Source: Octopus vulgaris (Eukaryota). From it: a stretch of DNA of 64,000 nt. How positions within the stretch are numbered: the first letter of the stretch is position 1; the number at the start of each line of letters is the position of its first letter. Of the stretch, positions 15,740-29,405 are shown piece by piece. The translations under genes were made by a program, and so were the position numbers. Location of the stretch: contig OX597816.1 in the NCBI GenBank assembly GCA_951406725.2, forward strand, positions 76,570,001 through 76,634,000. The letters are read 5' to 3'. Under the pieces are notes generated by a model. It searched no databases and was not told where the DNA came from. It saw nothing but the letters and a program-made list of their open reading frames with translations.

Positions 15740-15900
15740 ATTAGACCAGTCTCGGTACTTATCAACTATTTTATTTTATCAACTCCCGAAGAAAGAAAGG
15801 AAATGCTGACCCCTGTGCGATTTGAATTCAAAATGTTAGCTGATGCTACTAAATATGAAAAGGCACTTTGTTCGATTATCTGGCCATCCGCCACGCCTTG
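15740..15900 (-). mobile_element. Decayed tRNA-derived SINE (Meta-domain-like family, as at 52995-53212)
   Basis: tttatcaactcccgaagaaagaaaggaaatgctgacc...atttgaattcaaaatgt resembles 53084-53150. Confidence 0.5.
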
Positions 15901-16524
15901 TATAAGTAATGTTGATGATGAATTGGTACTAAAGATTTAAAATCTCATGATGCTTTAGAAAATAAACTAAAATCTTTTATTGAACAAAAATTATATCCGT
16001 TATCCTTTCAATGCTAGAGGTTTTGTTATTTAAAATATGCTTCCATAATTTCAAGATTAGTAAATAAATCATTTGAAGCTCACTCTGCTAAATAATACTC
16101 TAAAGCAATACTTCTCAAATAGTGCGCTGCAAGGCGTATCCAGGTTCACTGCAGATTTTCAAAAGTATAATTTAAGTCTTTAGAAAATTCATACACATGT
16201 TTGAACGTTTTAGAAAACATGTTATTCATAATTTTGTTATACGCATGTATGATTAATAGCATAAGATTAGCAATAGGTTCTCTCTTTTATTTTTACACTT
16301 TTAACTTTAAAATACATTTATAAAACATTTTCATGTAAATTCCGACAGCAGTTTTTTTAAGTTTACACGCAAAGTATACCGGTTTGCTCTCTAATCCGAC
16401 ATGAAATCATGAAGCTTGAGATCCACTGCTCTAATGATGCAACTCCTTTGTTTACTTTTCGGAGATAAACTTGCTCATAATTCATGATTGATTGAATATA
16501 TTCACATATAATTTTCTATTGCAG

Positions 16525-16623
16525 AAAGCCATTTTCAGTGCAGTAACGGCCTTTATATTCACAAAGACAAAGTTTGCGACTTCCACAGAGATTGTTTAAT
16601 AGACCACGATGATGAAACTAACT
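16525..16623 (+). CDS. GRL101: GRL101-like LDLa-repeat receptor, exon A (LDLa module lacking the C1/C3 pair)
   Basis: ttgcag acceptor, gtaagt donor, 99 nt, phase 1-1. Encodes SHFQCSNGLYIHKDKVCDFHRDCLIDHDDETN; the last Cys codon is completed by splicing (T|GT). Confidence 0.85.
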
Positions 16624-17684
16624 GTAAGTATTCGAAATTCCTTATATGTTTGTTCTATTCATATCAGTATTTTAATTATCCTTTATAATATTTCTTAGAT
16701 ACTATTGTTTTCATGTTTTTATTGAAAATATTTATAAAAGAAGATATGATACTGATTATCTGTCTCAGCCAAGTATATGCTCATCGATACGTTGATTTAA
16801 AATGTCAAATTGTTCGGACATTATTCAATTGTGAAACAGTGGTACCGCAGATGTGTTTTGTTTGAGAGTGAATAAAATATATGCTTGTAGCTATAGTGTA
16901 TTTCCTGGGCAACCTTGATCATAGAAACTGACATAACAGTTCCGTCGTATGTTTTCAGATAATGTATATCTAGCCCCAAACAAATATGTTGTTCAATTTT
17001 TTAAAAATTGAATTCGGAGTAATTTCAAGCAGATTCGGTTACAATTCATTACAAGCTAAGCACCGCATAGAAGCTCTCCATTATATGTTACCTTAAAGTA
17101 GAAAAGACTCACAAAGGCTTCTTGCAAAGTATTAATCAAATATGTGTTAGTACAGAGATCGTCTTCCTGAGAGCTGTTTTCTTGTGTACACGTCTTTTAC
17201 TATTCTGATTCTGATAGATTACATATAACACATAGTATGATTTTCCATATTGAAAAACACTTTTCTAACATCACAAGATAATCTATTTTCGGTAGGTAGT
17301 CAGACCCAATCATCCCTAATCGAATAACGTAATTAGTTTAATAAAGAAACAATTTTTTGTCATTTTATGTTAATAAAATATAGATCACATTAAAAGAACT
17401 AATTTGACAAATTACTGTCGTTATTGAAACAATTGAATCTAATAATAAAAAAAATTGGTAGCACTTTTGAACTTAAGCATTTAGTACTGTAAATAAATTT
17501 GACCATGTTTGTTCCAGTACAATAACAGTATATCTGAAAAGTGCTTCATTGTAGATTAGTATAGAGTCAATGTATCAATAAGTGAAGTGGTTGACTACGT
17601 TTAAATGTAAAAATTAAGCATATTTGTTTCAAATATATATTACAATAAAAAATAAAGAATTAAAAGCAAAATATGTATCTATGT

Positions 17685-17772
17685 ATGTATGCATGTATCC
17701 ATGCATGTGTGTATGTATGTATGTATGTATGTATGTATGTATGTATGTATGTATGTATGTATGTATGTATGT
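17685..17772. repeat. (TATG)n microsatellite
   Basis: Direct tandem repeat abutting the 3' end of a LINE fragment. Confidence 0.9.
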
Positions 17773-18300
17773 CATTATTCAGTTTTATTTCAAGATTTCT
17801 TAACAGAGAAAGAGCCTGTTTCTAACCTAGATCCACGGCTCCTTCATTGGAATTTCAACATCAACAACAGGGAATTTTTATATGTATGTATGTATGCATT
17901 TATGAATATGTGCAGATTTGTGTTTTGTTTTATGAATGCATTCTCATGCATATAGTTGCATATCTAGACATACTTATATATATCTAAACGACAAACTTCT
18001 GGAAAGCTTTACGGATTTTTCACTTCCAGTGATGGATTGGATCTGTAGTCTTCGAATTAGTTTTCGGCTTTTCAGGTTCTGAGAAGCCTAATTTCTCAAG
18101 ATTGATATTCAGGCAGTTCGTTACATATCGCAGTATCCCAATAATTACATGTATAATCCTGAACTTGTAATCTGGATAGAGTAACTACAGATTTCTCAAC
18201 AGTTCAGCGTAGGTATTCTCTTTTCACTGACCCTCAGCTTTATGCCAACATACGCTGGGCAGCTAATTTTCACAACTGATAGATATCTTGTTGGTCTTGG
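17772..18300 (-). mobile_element. 3' fragment of an R4/Dong-type LINE
   Basis: Minus strand EKRIPTL/YAELLRNL*LLYPDYKFRIIHVIIGILRYVTNCLNINLEKLGFSEPE...IRRLQIQSITGSEKSVKLSR. The 3' UTR also occurs at 6093-6195. Confidence 0.7.
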
Positions 18301-18912
18301 ATTCTGACTACAAACTCACATTAAAATTATATTGTTGTATTTTCTTTATGTATCAGAATTATGCACTTACACTTTTGGTAGTCTCTATTTTAATGAAACA
18401 GATATTGAACATAATAAGATTTTTGCTTTCACGCTTTTATCCAAACATACAGCTCTTAAAGTTTGCTTAAGTCGATTGTGCATATACGCGCAAGTCGGTC
18501 ACATGTAGAATTACTGCAGTGCAATAATGTATTACGGTTTCCTGTCCTGTAATTATTTGACGTCTAAATTGGCTTGAAACCATTCTTTGATGTTTATCAT
18601 TAAAGTTGTATTGATATAGATAGTACATATATATATATATATATATATATTTAATTCGGGTATATTATATATATATATATATATATATACATTCCCTCTT
18701 ACCTGTTTGTGTCTGCCTTCCAATTGCTGTTTTTACTGAGATCTCCTGTTTAGTAGAAGAAATAGCTATAACTCTTTGACTGCTATTTCTAAATTCGGTA
18801 TGTGGTAAGGCAATTCGTTGCCAAACCCTTTATTGCTTAGTATATATATATACATATATATACATGCATACATACATACATACATACATACATACATACA
18901 TACATACATACA

Positions 18913-18943
<31 letters not shown>

Positions 18944-19327
18944 GCGCATGCCCATGCTTGGGTGTCTGTAGTGACTGCAATAAACAAAAAAAAAACAGAA
19001 AGAATTATTCTGAAACTCCAAATTAAACCCAAATTTTTAAACAATTACAGCGATAACAATAGTATAAATACAGAACAAGGCATTCGAATTGCAGTGTTAT
19101 TTTGAATACCAGATCGCTTATTTGATTGATTCCAGATGGATCAGTAGCGTTCACATTGCTATGTACAGTGGAAATTAGGAATCGGATCCTCTATTCCCTT
19201 CATTTCCGATTTTAGAGAAATTATATTGAGAATATATATTACCATATCAATAAATTTATAATTACGTCCACAGCCTCTCTCTGCCTTTCAGTTTCACTAC
19301 ATGTGCACATGTACATGCATATATGCA

Positions 19328-19397
<70 letters not shown>

Positions 19398-19568
19398 TAT
19401 ATATACAGAGAGAGAAATTAACATGACAGTCCGGAGCAATAGGACGTAAGATGTTGTTGATTAGCTCCGCGAGGTGATCGCCTCTAGCTAACTATATGAC
19501 GCATAAATCTGTGTCAATAAACCTTCGAACAGGGGAGGTCATCATCTTGTCCTTGCTGGCTTGGCACT

Positions 19569-19607
19569 CACAGACCAGTTTCGTGGTAGTTGCCCCTTAT
19601 CAATGTG
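19569..19607 (-). ncRNA. Degenerate minimal hammerhead motif
   Basis: caca-TTGATAA-GGGGCAACTACCAC-GAAAC-TG-GTC-tgtg; core carries two substitutions relative to CTGATGA. Confidence 0.45.
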
Positions 19608-21634
19608 GAGCAGCCGAGTCCAGGAGGGGTCGCTGTTGACCTTTGTTCGAAGGTTGTATGTATATATTATTACAGGCAGAGAAAAGTATAGATGTTACTG
19701 TGCATAATAACGCTAATGTATAGTTAATAAATTTATATGGCTCTATATCTCCTAATAAATAAACATCGGTTCTATTATTATGTGTTGTATATGTTGTTTC
19801 TTCGCTTATGATTATTAAGGTGTATATATATATGAATTTACAAACACACAAGCACGCACGCGCGTGACCACACACACACACACACATACAGAAATCGAGA
19901 GAGAGATTGAGAGAAAAGTAGGATAGATAGATTGCTAGAGAAATACTTGCGTACGCGCGCCCATGTCTATGTTTATATATATATATATATATTTGTATTG
20001 GTGCTTAGGCTTGCGTGTATAAGTATGCGTGCGTGGACATGTTTATATATTTGTTTGCGTATAAACTCATTGATAGTTGAGCAACTTCAATATATAAAAT
20101 CTGAAATGGGTATTTGAGAATATAGCATATCTTATCTGCGACAGTATTAGAAGTATTAAGATTTCGTGTAGAATATAATAGATTTCAGGCACGTGTATCT
20201 TGAGTTACATAAACATCATTGCTGCCTTGCGTACATATGAATTCTTTAATAAATAATCTTTTGTTTAGATATAGATATATGTATATAATTTTTTAAAAAT
20301 TACTTTTCCATTGCATATGAAGAAGAATATAGTGTGCATCTTGAGAAGAAATATATGATATTCATGACAGTTTATTATGATACACTGAAATCTGATAGAG
20401 AAATTCATCTCCTAGCTTGTGGTTAATTTGTAGTTGCGTTGTATAAATAGCACGGTAACTTGCTGAAGTTAAATTTATTTTGGTTCTCCATCTGTTATGG
20501 ATGAAACCACGTTCTCAACTCCTAACAGCCTAAAACATGAGAATTAGAATTTTAGCGCAGCCTTGCAATGACCTAATGGAGTGTGTATGTGTGTGTGACA
20601 AGATATTTTCTTAGTATACTCTAGAGTAAATCGCATAATCAGATATGCAAATGTCAGTAATGACTGAATATTGACTGCAACGGTTGTCTGCATATTCAGA
20701 CCTTCGTGAGGATAGCTGAGATAATATTCAACAAAGAAGAATCGCCTTCATGTAAAGTATAAACACTGATTCCCTGATTACTTGAAGGGAAAAAAATAGG
20801 AAAGTTTGTTATGTAATATTTAGCTACATAGTTTTATATATGTTTCGTTAATATTGAGTAGATCTCGATCCTATAAGGAAAACCTTATTATAAGTCGATA
20901 ACATTGTCAAATCTTCAGAGATTGCGTAACTCTCACTATTAATCTTTAGTATTCATGTTGGACTATCGAAAGTGTTGTTCTATCAATTACTGCATCGACT
21001 ATATATACCTACATATATATACACATATATAAATTTCACACACTCCTTTGTGGTAAAATATTAACCATTCTCAAATTTTTATCACTGTCATATAATAAGT
21101 GTGGTTTCTTCACTTTATGGGAAGGAAGTATAGAGTGGAATTTAAAAATAGATAATGTATTAGATATTCTGAACACGAGTCATGAAGTTATGTCTGCAAC
21201 CGCTCCACAGTTGCGCACTTAGCATTGTTAGTGATAAGGAAAAAGCCAGTTTGTAAGCATAACAGCTTTTAACATTTGCAGACGAAAATTAATATCTGAG
21301 CCGATGATTGAGCACAACTAAAATGTAAAACAACAGAAAGAAAAAATATCATAATGTATTTTGTAGAAAGTGTATGTACACAATGTATGTGCGCGCGTGT
21401 GTGATAGTTCAGTATCCATATAAGCGTTCAAACTTTGGTTTCAGAGGCGCAATATTAGCATAGTGTTAAAATGTTACACTATACCAGATATTATATTGTA
21501 TACTGCATACTATTGTACATATTACTGTTTTTATACGCACACACATAAACACACACACACACACATTTCCTCTCTCACACACATACATACACACTAACGC
21601 TAACTTTTGCATAATCAGTTGATTTTCTATGTAG

Positions 21635-21751
21635 GTGGAAAGTGTCCAGAAAGGAAATACCAATGCCAGAGTGGCGAATGTATAGATATATCAAACCAGT
21701 GTGATGGAATATGTGATTGTGCCCATACATGTGATGACGAAAACAAATGTG
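21635..21751 (+). CDS. GRL101: GRL101-like receptor, exon B (8-Cys LDLa module)
   Basis: ttctatgtag acceptor, gtaag donor, 117 nt, phase 1-1. Encodes CGKCPERKYQCQSGECIDISNQCDGICDCAHTCDDENKC. Confidence 0.92.
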
Positions 21752-24434
21752 GTAAGAAAAAATATATATACGTCACTTGTCTTATTTTGTTTATATCTTC
21801 ATATTAGTATGAAACAATATTACTAACACTACTTCAAATGACTGCAGGCATTGTGCTATCAACAGCGGCAACCTCACATTTCATATCAACGTTAGTAGTA
21901 AAATGTAGGGACAAACAATAAAAACACAATTTGTTATGGAAATCAATCAGTTCTGATTTATCCGCAGATCTTTCTATGTAATACTTCTTTAATATTGCCG
22001 TTATTTAATCTCGAATCGTCTTAGATTGATGTGGCAGTCTTCTTTCGGGCATTTCATACTCTGCACTTTGTAGTAAACTGAGAAATTGTTTACTTGGATG
22101 GAAATTTGGTTATTTCTCTGAGCGTAACGAGCAATCATATCAGTTGCCACTTTCGTTTACTGAAGCTAAGTGCAGCCCCTAGAAAGTTTTCCTGAAAATC
22201 TGCTCGCTTATACAATGATGGACATAATATATTTTGTGTTCACCGGTGTTGTTCTTTCTGTTAAGTAAATGTAGTAGAAATGATTACCTCAGGTACGTAT
22301 ATGTATATTTGCCTTCTTTTCCTCATTTTATGTTGTTTGTTTCTGACAGCATTTTTGTCTTCTGTATGTTTGCGTATATGTGAGTTTGTGCGTGCGGTAT
22401 GTTATGGTGTTGATTGTGAGAGTTAGTTGAAACTATTCACTAGTTTTACAGGATTTATTTATACGGGGAAGGTGTATTCGTACGAAAGTTCAAGAGAGTG
22501 GGAGAAGGATGTATTTGATTTATACAAGTGTTTATGTGTAGAATAAAATGTGTAGTAGGTTCGTATATGTGAAAGATAAACAAATTGGGTGGAAGCATGA
22601 CTCCTTGAAGTACTCCATACGAGAAATTCCTACCATATTGGGAGTGTTTTTATTCTACAGTACATAGGTTTAGTAACCGGATAGTTAGTATGGTAGCTGG
22701 TGTTTTCTGTTGATTTTAAAGTCGGTGCTGACTAATTTATGTATGAGTGGATGACAGAGGAAATAAAAAGACTTCACTAATATTTATGAGAAAAAGAATG
22801 TTACGTGACTGAGACTTTTGCTCTTGTAACATTCCTCTATTTTCTGTGTTAGATTCGAGAATAATAAGGTCTGTGGTTGAGTGTACTGTGATGAATCCAT
22901 ATAATGACTTGGAGAGTGTATAAGGAGTCTATAAGTTGCATGATTATATTTCACTTGCGTTTTTGTTGGACCTCAGAATTGCTTTAGTATTATGCAGCTT
23001 CGAAAACAGCGAGGTGAGCCGGGCGAAATGCTTAACGGAATTTTGTCTGTCTTTACGTTCTGAGATCAAATTCTGCTATAGTGGAAGATGTATGCGAAAG
23101 GAAATATGTGCAGAGTATAAGTAGTGAAATCAGAGTTGTATGTTTGTGAAACAAACTTCTTAACCTAACAGAATTAGCTCCTTTCTTTCGTAACAGGCAA
23201 TAAGGCTTTAAGGGGAACTGTATGGCAATACTCTGCTTAGTTTAGCGCCACCAGTTCATAGTCATTTGGTACTTACTAGTTTACATTTTTCTCTTATTTC
23301 CTACAGCAATGGACGGATGAGTAAAATCTAGTTATAAGATCATATCAGTAGTTTATGACTAGGACGTTCAAGAAATATGTATATGTTCTAGCAACCAAAT
23401 ATATAGGTACTTATTGTCTCGTACAGAGTCGAGTTTCTTACTCTGATATCTAATATAGTAAGATATCTCATCCTGCAGCCCTATGTACGAGAGAATATGA
23501 GTATGTAAGTGATATTGTTTATGTTTTCGTCAGGAAGCAGGCAAGGGCATGCTTCTTAAACAGGCCCCTGTGACAAGAGGAAGGAATGTAAAGGGATATC
23601 CTCAAATTAGACACTTAACTCGAGTGTTTGTAAGATTTCAAGCGGTGGTTTTAAACTGACCAACAGATTAAAATCTCCTACCTAAATAAGCTATGGTGTG
23701 ATTTGAATTAAGAATGCTAAAAGCCAGAACAAATTCTGCAAGGCATCAGTTCAGATCATTACGCAGTCCGCAAATCCACGATTGGCGGTGATAAAGTTGA
23801 CCTTGCAGGATTTGAAATCGGAGCGCCATATATGTATGTCTATATTCATGAATGTGATTATGTGTGTAAATAAACTTTACATCCCACACTGATCTGTGCA
23901 CTGAATTCTTGAATTTTGATTTGAACCATGCGTATCAAAAGAGGTAACGCGAAATTCAGAGTAAGCGTCAAAGAAGATAAACTTTATCTAAATATTTTTC
24001 GACTCATCCCAATCATATTCTGTAATACAATATCAGTTCACTTCATTGAATACACTGACGTGTAACTAGTTTCTATCATATGTATGTATTTGCATCACTG
24101 TAAGAAAAGTGTATTTGTGCGTGTATATACACGTCTGAGCTCGCGTCTGATGCTGTACATAAACTGATAAAAGTTTAAGAACGAATGTAAAAATTAGAAG
24201 TGGAATAATGTAAATGCTTACAAATATTGTTTATATATATATATATATATATATACATACATACATACATACACGCACGCACATACACACACATAGATAT
24301 GTATGTATATGCGTATGTATCTGTGTGTGTGTGTACGTATGTGCATACACACACATATATACATGTTCATAGATATATATTTTTAGGTATACGTACATAT
24401 ATGTACACATATAAAAATACATACATGCATATAT

Positions 24435-24520
24435 GCATGTATGTATGTATGTATGTATGTATGTATGTATGTATGTATGTATGTATGTATGTATGTATGT
24501 ATGTATGTATGTAGGTATGT
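24435..24520. repeat. (TATG)n microsatellite
   Basis: Direct tandem repeat. Confidence 0.9.
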
Positions 24521-26741
24521 ATCTATGTATTCATGTATGTGTATATATATTCCAACATATTCCGTCGTTTGCTTTGCGATTTCAATACAACGTTTCCGTT
24601 TTATTTAAATATTTTCTTTAGCCATTAAGAAATTGTTTTCATATCTACCTTCTATATCTATTTGTAAATAAATAATACTTTTCTATCTTCGTTTATTTGT
24701 CTTTATCTTCTTTATCACTAGAAACATTCATCTATCGACATATTTATTTATTCCTTTTGCTGATCTTCATATAGATTTTGTTTCTAACTGCGTCCATATA
24801 TTTAACTATATCGTTACCTGCCTCTATTTATCGATATATCGATCTGCCTACATAATTTTTTTCCTTCATATTTCTATAGATATTTTGCACAGTAGTTATA
24901 TGTTTTTCAACTTATATCGCTATCTGTATAGCTATCTATAAAGTAACGTAACTATATATTTCTTTTAGTTATTTACATGTTAATTTTAATTTTTGTTTTA
25001 CTGGTGTCTCCTAAGCTGTTTATCTATTTATTATATGTGATATATATATTCTTTTAAATATTTCATTTGAATTGTCTTTTCGCTTAGATTGTGTCAACAG
25101 ACACTGTTCCTTACAATATACAGTGTTTCTAACATAAAATAGAATATACAATGTATCTGGTATAATATTTCTTTTGAAATACTTTCACCTATGTAAAGCA
25201 ATTGTTATATCCTGTAATATGCAAACTTTGCTCTAAAAATGATCGATCAAGCATCTTTGTGGTAGCTAGAAATAACAGCCTAATATATCTCATATCACTC
25301 TATACTGTCTAATATGAAGCGTACACTAAGTAAATTGGTTTTAAACATATTCTATCCGAAAAACAAAACGAAAATGATATGGTCACTGCTTAAATACTTT
25401 TGGTCACACGACTATTTTGCTCGTGGCTGAGAGAGAATTTAACAAAAACATCTACGCTAGCCTAAATGCATATATTTTACTTATCTCTAAGACTGTGCTC
25501 TATCGCTTGTGTTGTTATCCTTAATGCTATGTTGAAACACATATCGGATGTCATTGATTAAACTTATCATCAAAAGCATTCCAATTGTGACACTACGCTG
25601 ATTTTATTTCAGTTATAATCTAAACAGTTTGTATATCAGTTGTGTATTCTTTCTTTTGAAAGTAGGGAACCGATTTGTGAGAGATACGGGTGCTAATTTT
25701 AGCAGGTCGATTTTCCACCCTGCCAATATATATGGATTTAGCGGAGCGTTCTATGTTGCAAGCAATTTGATCTCAAAATTACTGGACCTCTCACTAGACC
25801 GTGAAAAGCGTAGTCGATGATGCATTTCTTCCTACCATTTCTCATATTTTTTTAAGTAGAGAAGAAAATTGACAACTGATTTCGATTCAGACATGGAACT
25901 ACTGCATTTTATTTATTTATCTTCATATTCTTTGGAAATATATGGGCATCATACGACGTATATATCCATTTATTGAAGATATGATATATTTGCTGGAATA
26001 ACTCATGATTGTGAATTACTCGAACTACTAATTCCTCATTTTTGCATCAAAATTATTTATAAAATGAAATGATTCTATAAAACACTATTGTGAAATTTGG
26101 TATAATATTCAAATAGAATTACTTGTGAATCAATCTCATTTTTGCAATGCCACTTAATGGTTTCTGTGGACTTAGGAAGCTGATTGCTACAATGCCAACT
26201 ATCAATGACGAAAGCTTTACTTCTACTGTTGAATCATAAGAAAGCAACATGTTCTGAAATGCATCCCTTGCTTTCTCGACCACAATGATAATGATAGTTA
26301 AACTCAAACATATTTTCAAATCACCACATTCAACCATGCAAAGATTATATTGGTTTGAAATCATACGAAAAATAACCAAGCCATGTTAAAGTTGTATAGT
26401 TATATCTGATAATGTACAGCCGCATGATTGAAACCGTATGTTTGGAGAGAAGCTTGTTTCTTTTCTTCTGTAACGCTAAAATTGAAACTATTAATACGAT
26501 GGTTCTAATCTCTGTGACTACAAGAGAAAAAGAAACACTAATGCTATAAACGCACGGAAGCAGAATTCAAAGGTTAGGTCACGAAACAAGACTTGGGTAT
26601 AATGATATCATTTACCTGGAGACATATCACAATCTGGATACATCGGCATATGTTGAAGAGATACAGACAATGAAAAATAAGTGACTACGGGAAGGGCAAA
26701 TGTTTGAGATGTTTAAAACCATTGCCTACTAGCATGTTTAG

Positions 26742-26860
26742 CAGGCATGGCTGTGTGGTTTCACAGTTATGTGGTTTTCGGCTCAATCCTACTGTGCAAT
26801 CACTTGGACAAGTATCATGTACTATAGCTCCACGTCGACTAAATCTCAATGAGTTGTGTA
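26742..26860 (+). mobile_element. Decayed 5' part of a tRNA-derived CORE-type SINE
   Basis: ggcatggctgtgtggtt...tcaatcctactgtgc...cttggacaagt...actatagctcc resembles 36897-37030. Confidence 0.55.
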
Positions 26861-27596
26861 AGCACCGTCAAAGAGACATTTTCTGTCTTCAATAGTAGAC
26901 ACAATCGCACCTGGCCCACAGAGTTTATTATTGTAACATTTATTGTAAAATGTATTCTATAATTTCATTCATGCGATTTCAAAATCATTTAAATACTTTG
27001 AAGCATTGCAAGGTGGCTCGAAACGAAACATTTCATAAAATTGATTTTTTTTTGTTTTTTTACGTTAAAGTTCTTATTCTTACAGTTTATTATATTTTGT
27101 TATTTATTGAGTTTATTTTACTTCGAAAAATTTTCAAATGTACGCTTGTATTCTAAAAACACTATAGTGACCATATCCTTGCAGACTTGAGAAATTCTAT
27201 TAAGATTACTGGTCTTCCAGGAAGACCGCGACATACTCTGAGTTGTTCTCCTTGAAGATAGAAATTAGAATTTCCCTTAAGTAATTAAAATTTTATTGTA
27301 AAATAGCATTTAAAGAAAATTCTTGAAATTCCCTTCCCTTTTCTTTAAAACTCGCTAGCAACTGCCGATACGGTTTTAGATTCTCTATTCGGCGAAGAAG
27401 GAAATTTAAATTAATAGAAAGTTTTATATTTTTTTATAGTGTACATCTGTGTTAAAAAAATACTGCCCCGTGATTTATTTGTTTAAATTCATACCTTTTA
27501 TTCACATCATTTGTTTGCCTTAGCCCTCTCTACATTCCTAAATTTCATATATAAATACATATTTATATATAATTTTAAAGATTCTTGGTAAATCAC

Positions 27597-27627
<31 letters not shown>

Positions 27628-28294
27628 TTCACACACACACACACATTTCTCGATTTTCGTCTCTCCCTCTTTTTCTTATCGAACGTCCATTCCATTGCAC
27701 CTCTTACATCCGATATTTCCAAAATGTATCAAAATTCAAACAATAGTTAAGGGTTACTTCTCACTCATTTAAGACTTCTTGTCTATACATAAACCTCTTT
27801 TTGGCGTTTCTAGTTTCAATCTCATTTTCTTTCTTTTCATCTATTCTCCTCCGCTTTGCTTATCCATTATCATCGTGCCTATTATACTTTTATATTTTTC
27901 TCAAAAATGTGGTGAATCACGTAATTTGCAAGCAATACTGATTTCCTTTCTGTATCGCTAATGTTGTTATGCAAAGTAGAATATTTACCATTTTCTCCTT
28001 TAATAAGAGAATATAAAATCAGTGTGAAAGAAAGAATTCTGTCTTTTGTAAACTACAAAAATAATGTAGCATCTAACGTCATTCTATTCTTTTGCATTTT
28101 GTTACGAGTCTTAAGCCAAAAGCATATGTGACGAAAAAAAGGTGACATTTTAATCACCGATTGAAGATATTTAACTTGTATTCCTTCGTCAATGTCTTTC
28201 AGAAAAGAAAGGATTGTTCTGTTGCAAAACAAACGTGTAATTTGAATAACTGAAGTCGATAATACAAGAGAGTAATGTAGAATTATGAACACAT

Positions 28295-28344
<50 letters not shown>

Positions 28345-28353
<9 letters not shown>

Positions 28354-29405
28354 AAATATTAGGGAATAAATCCAAATTTACAGGGAAAAAATCAGATTTA
28401 GGATTAAATCCAATTTTATAGTAAAATATTATATAATATTAATTAGAGACAAAACCACTATTTTGCAAAACAAACAAGGAAAGACTTAATCAATACATAA
28501 AATTTTAATAAAAAAAAAAAAAAAAAACCGCCACTACAATTGTTTCATGTCTTGAATGACAATCTTCAGGTGGATTTCCGATCTAAAATATCAATATTTT
28601 AAAATATAAGTATAAAAAATAATTTTAAAATAATTAAAGTATCGATGAAAAAATATAAATATATAACCTATATATAACCTATATATAATCCATAATAATC
28701 AATATATAATCTAAAATAAACCCTATCAACAATTAAATATAAAACAAAATAAAAATAAACTATATATACACACATACGCATACACATATAACTAAGTATA
28801 TATAACCATATCTAAATACATACACTAATTCACACACCTATATATATATCCCTATACATACACATAAAAACGTCTAGGCAACGATAAATAAATAAAATAG
28901 CCAAATACTTCAACACAATACTTATTCATACTCCCTCACACACACATACAACCCACATTCATAAACAATATACATATACCCGCTCACACATACATATACA
29001 AACATACAGAACTCGATATATACACCAATATATTCACACCCACATCTATACAGATAAATAAATTACGCAAACAATCACACACACACACATTCACACATAC
29101 ATAAACACTCAAAAGAAAAATAAACAATTCTTTGCACGTGGTGATCGAACGTTTTGTTTAAAAATTATGAATGGAATAATATATAATCAACGTAAATATA
29201 CAGAATTTACTCCAAATCATTAATAAACCATCATGATAAATGAAACCCATATATACATATAATGATAAAACTCCCTTTACCATACACAATTATACCTATA
29301 TAGCAATCTCCATATATACATTCACACACAAATACACATACGTAAAACACACACACAACATATACGTATACCCCCTCACATATACATATACATACGTACT
29401 AAACT
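28345..29405 (-). repeat. Penelope 3' pLTR (direct repeat of 34018-35085)
   Basis: Sequence matches the 34018-35085 copy apart from a few substitutions and homopolymer or CA-length differences. Confidence 0.92.
28531..28573 (-). ncRNA. Minimal type-I hammerhead ribozyme (pLTR copy 1)
   Basis: ccac-CTGAAGA-T-TGTC-attcaa-GACA-T-GAAAC-AATT-GTA-gtgg: stem I ccac/gtgg, stem II, palindromic stem III ACAATTGT, GUA cleavage triplet. Confidence 0.8.

Noticed and set aside
25088-25159. Possible extra 72-nt host exon (ttag|ATTGTGTC..., DCVNRHC)
   Set aside because: All three frames contain stops, the donor is weak, and exons B and C join in frame without it
26119-26379. Minus-strand ORF with splice-like ends
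   Set aside because: No recognisable domain and no partner exons
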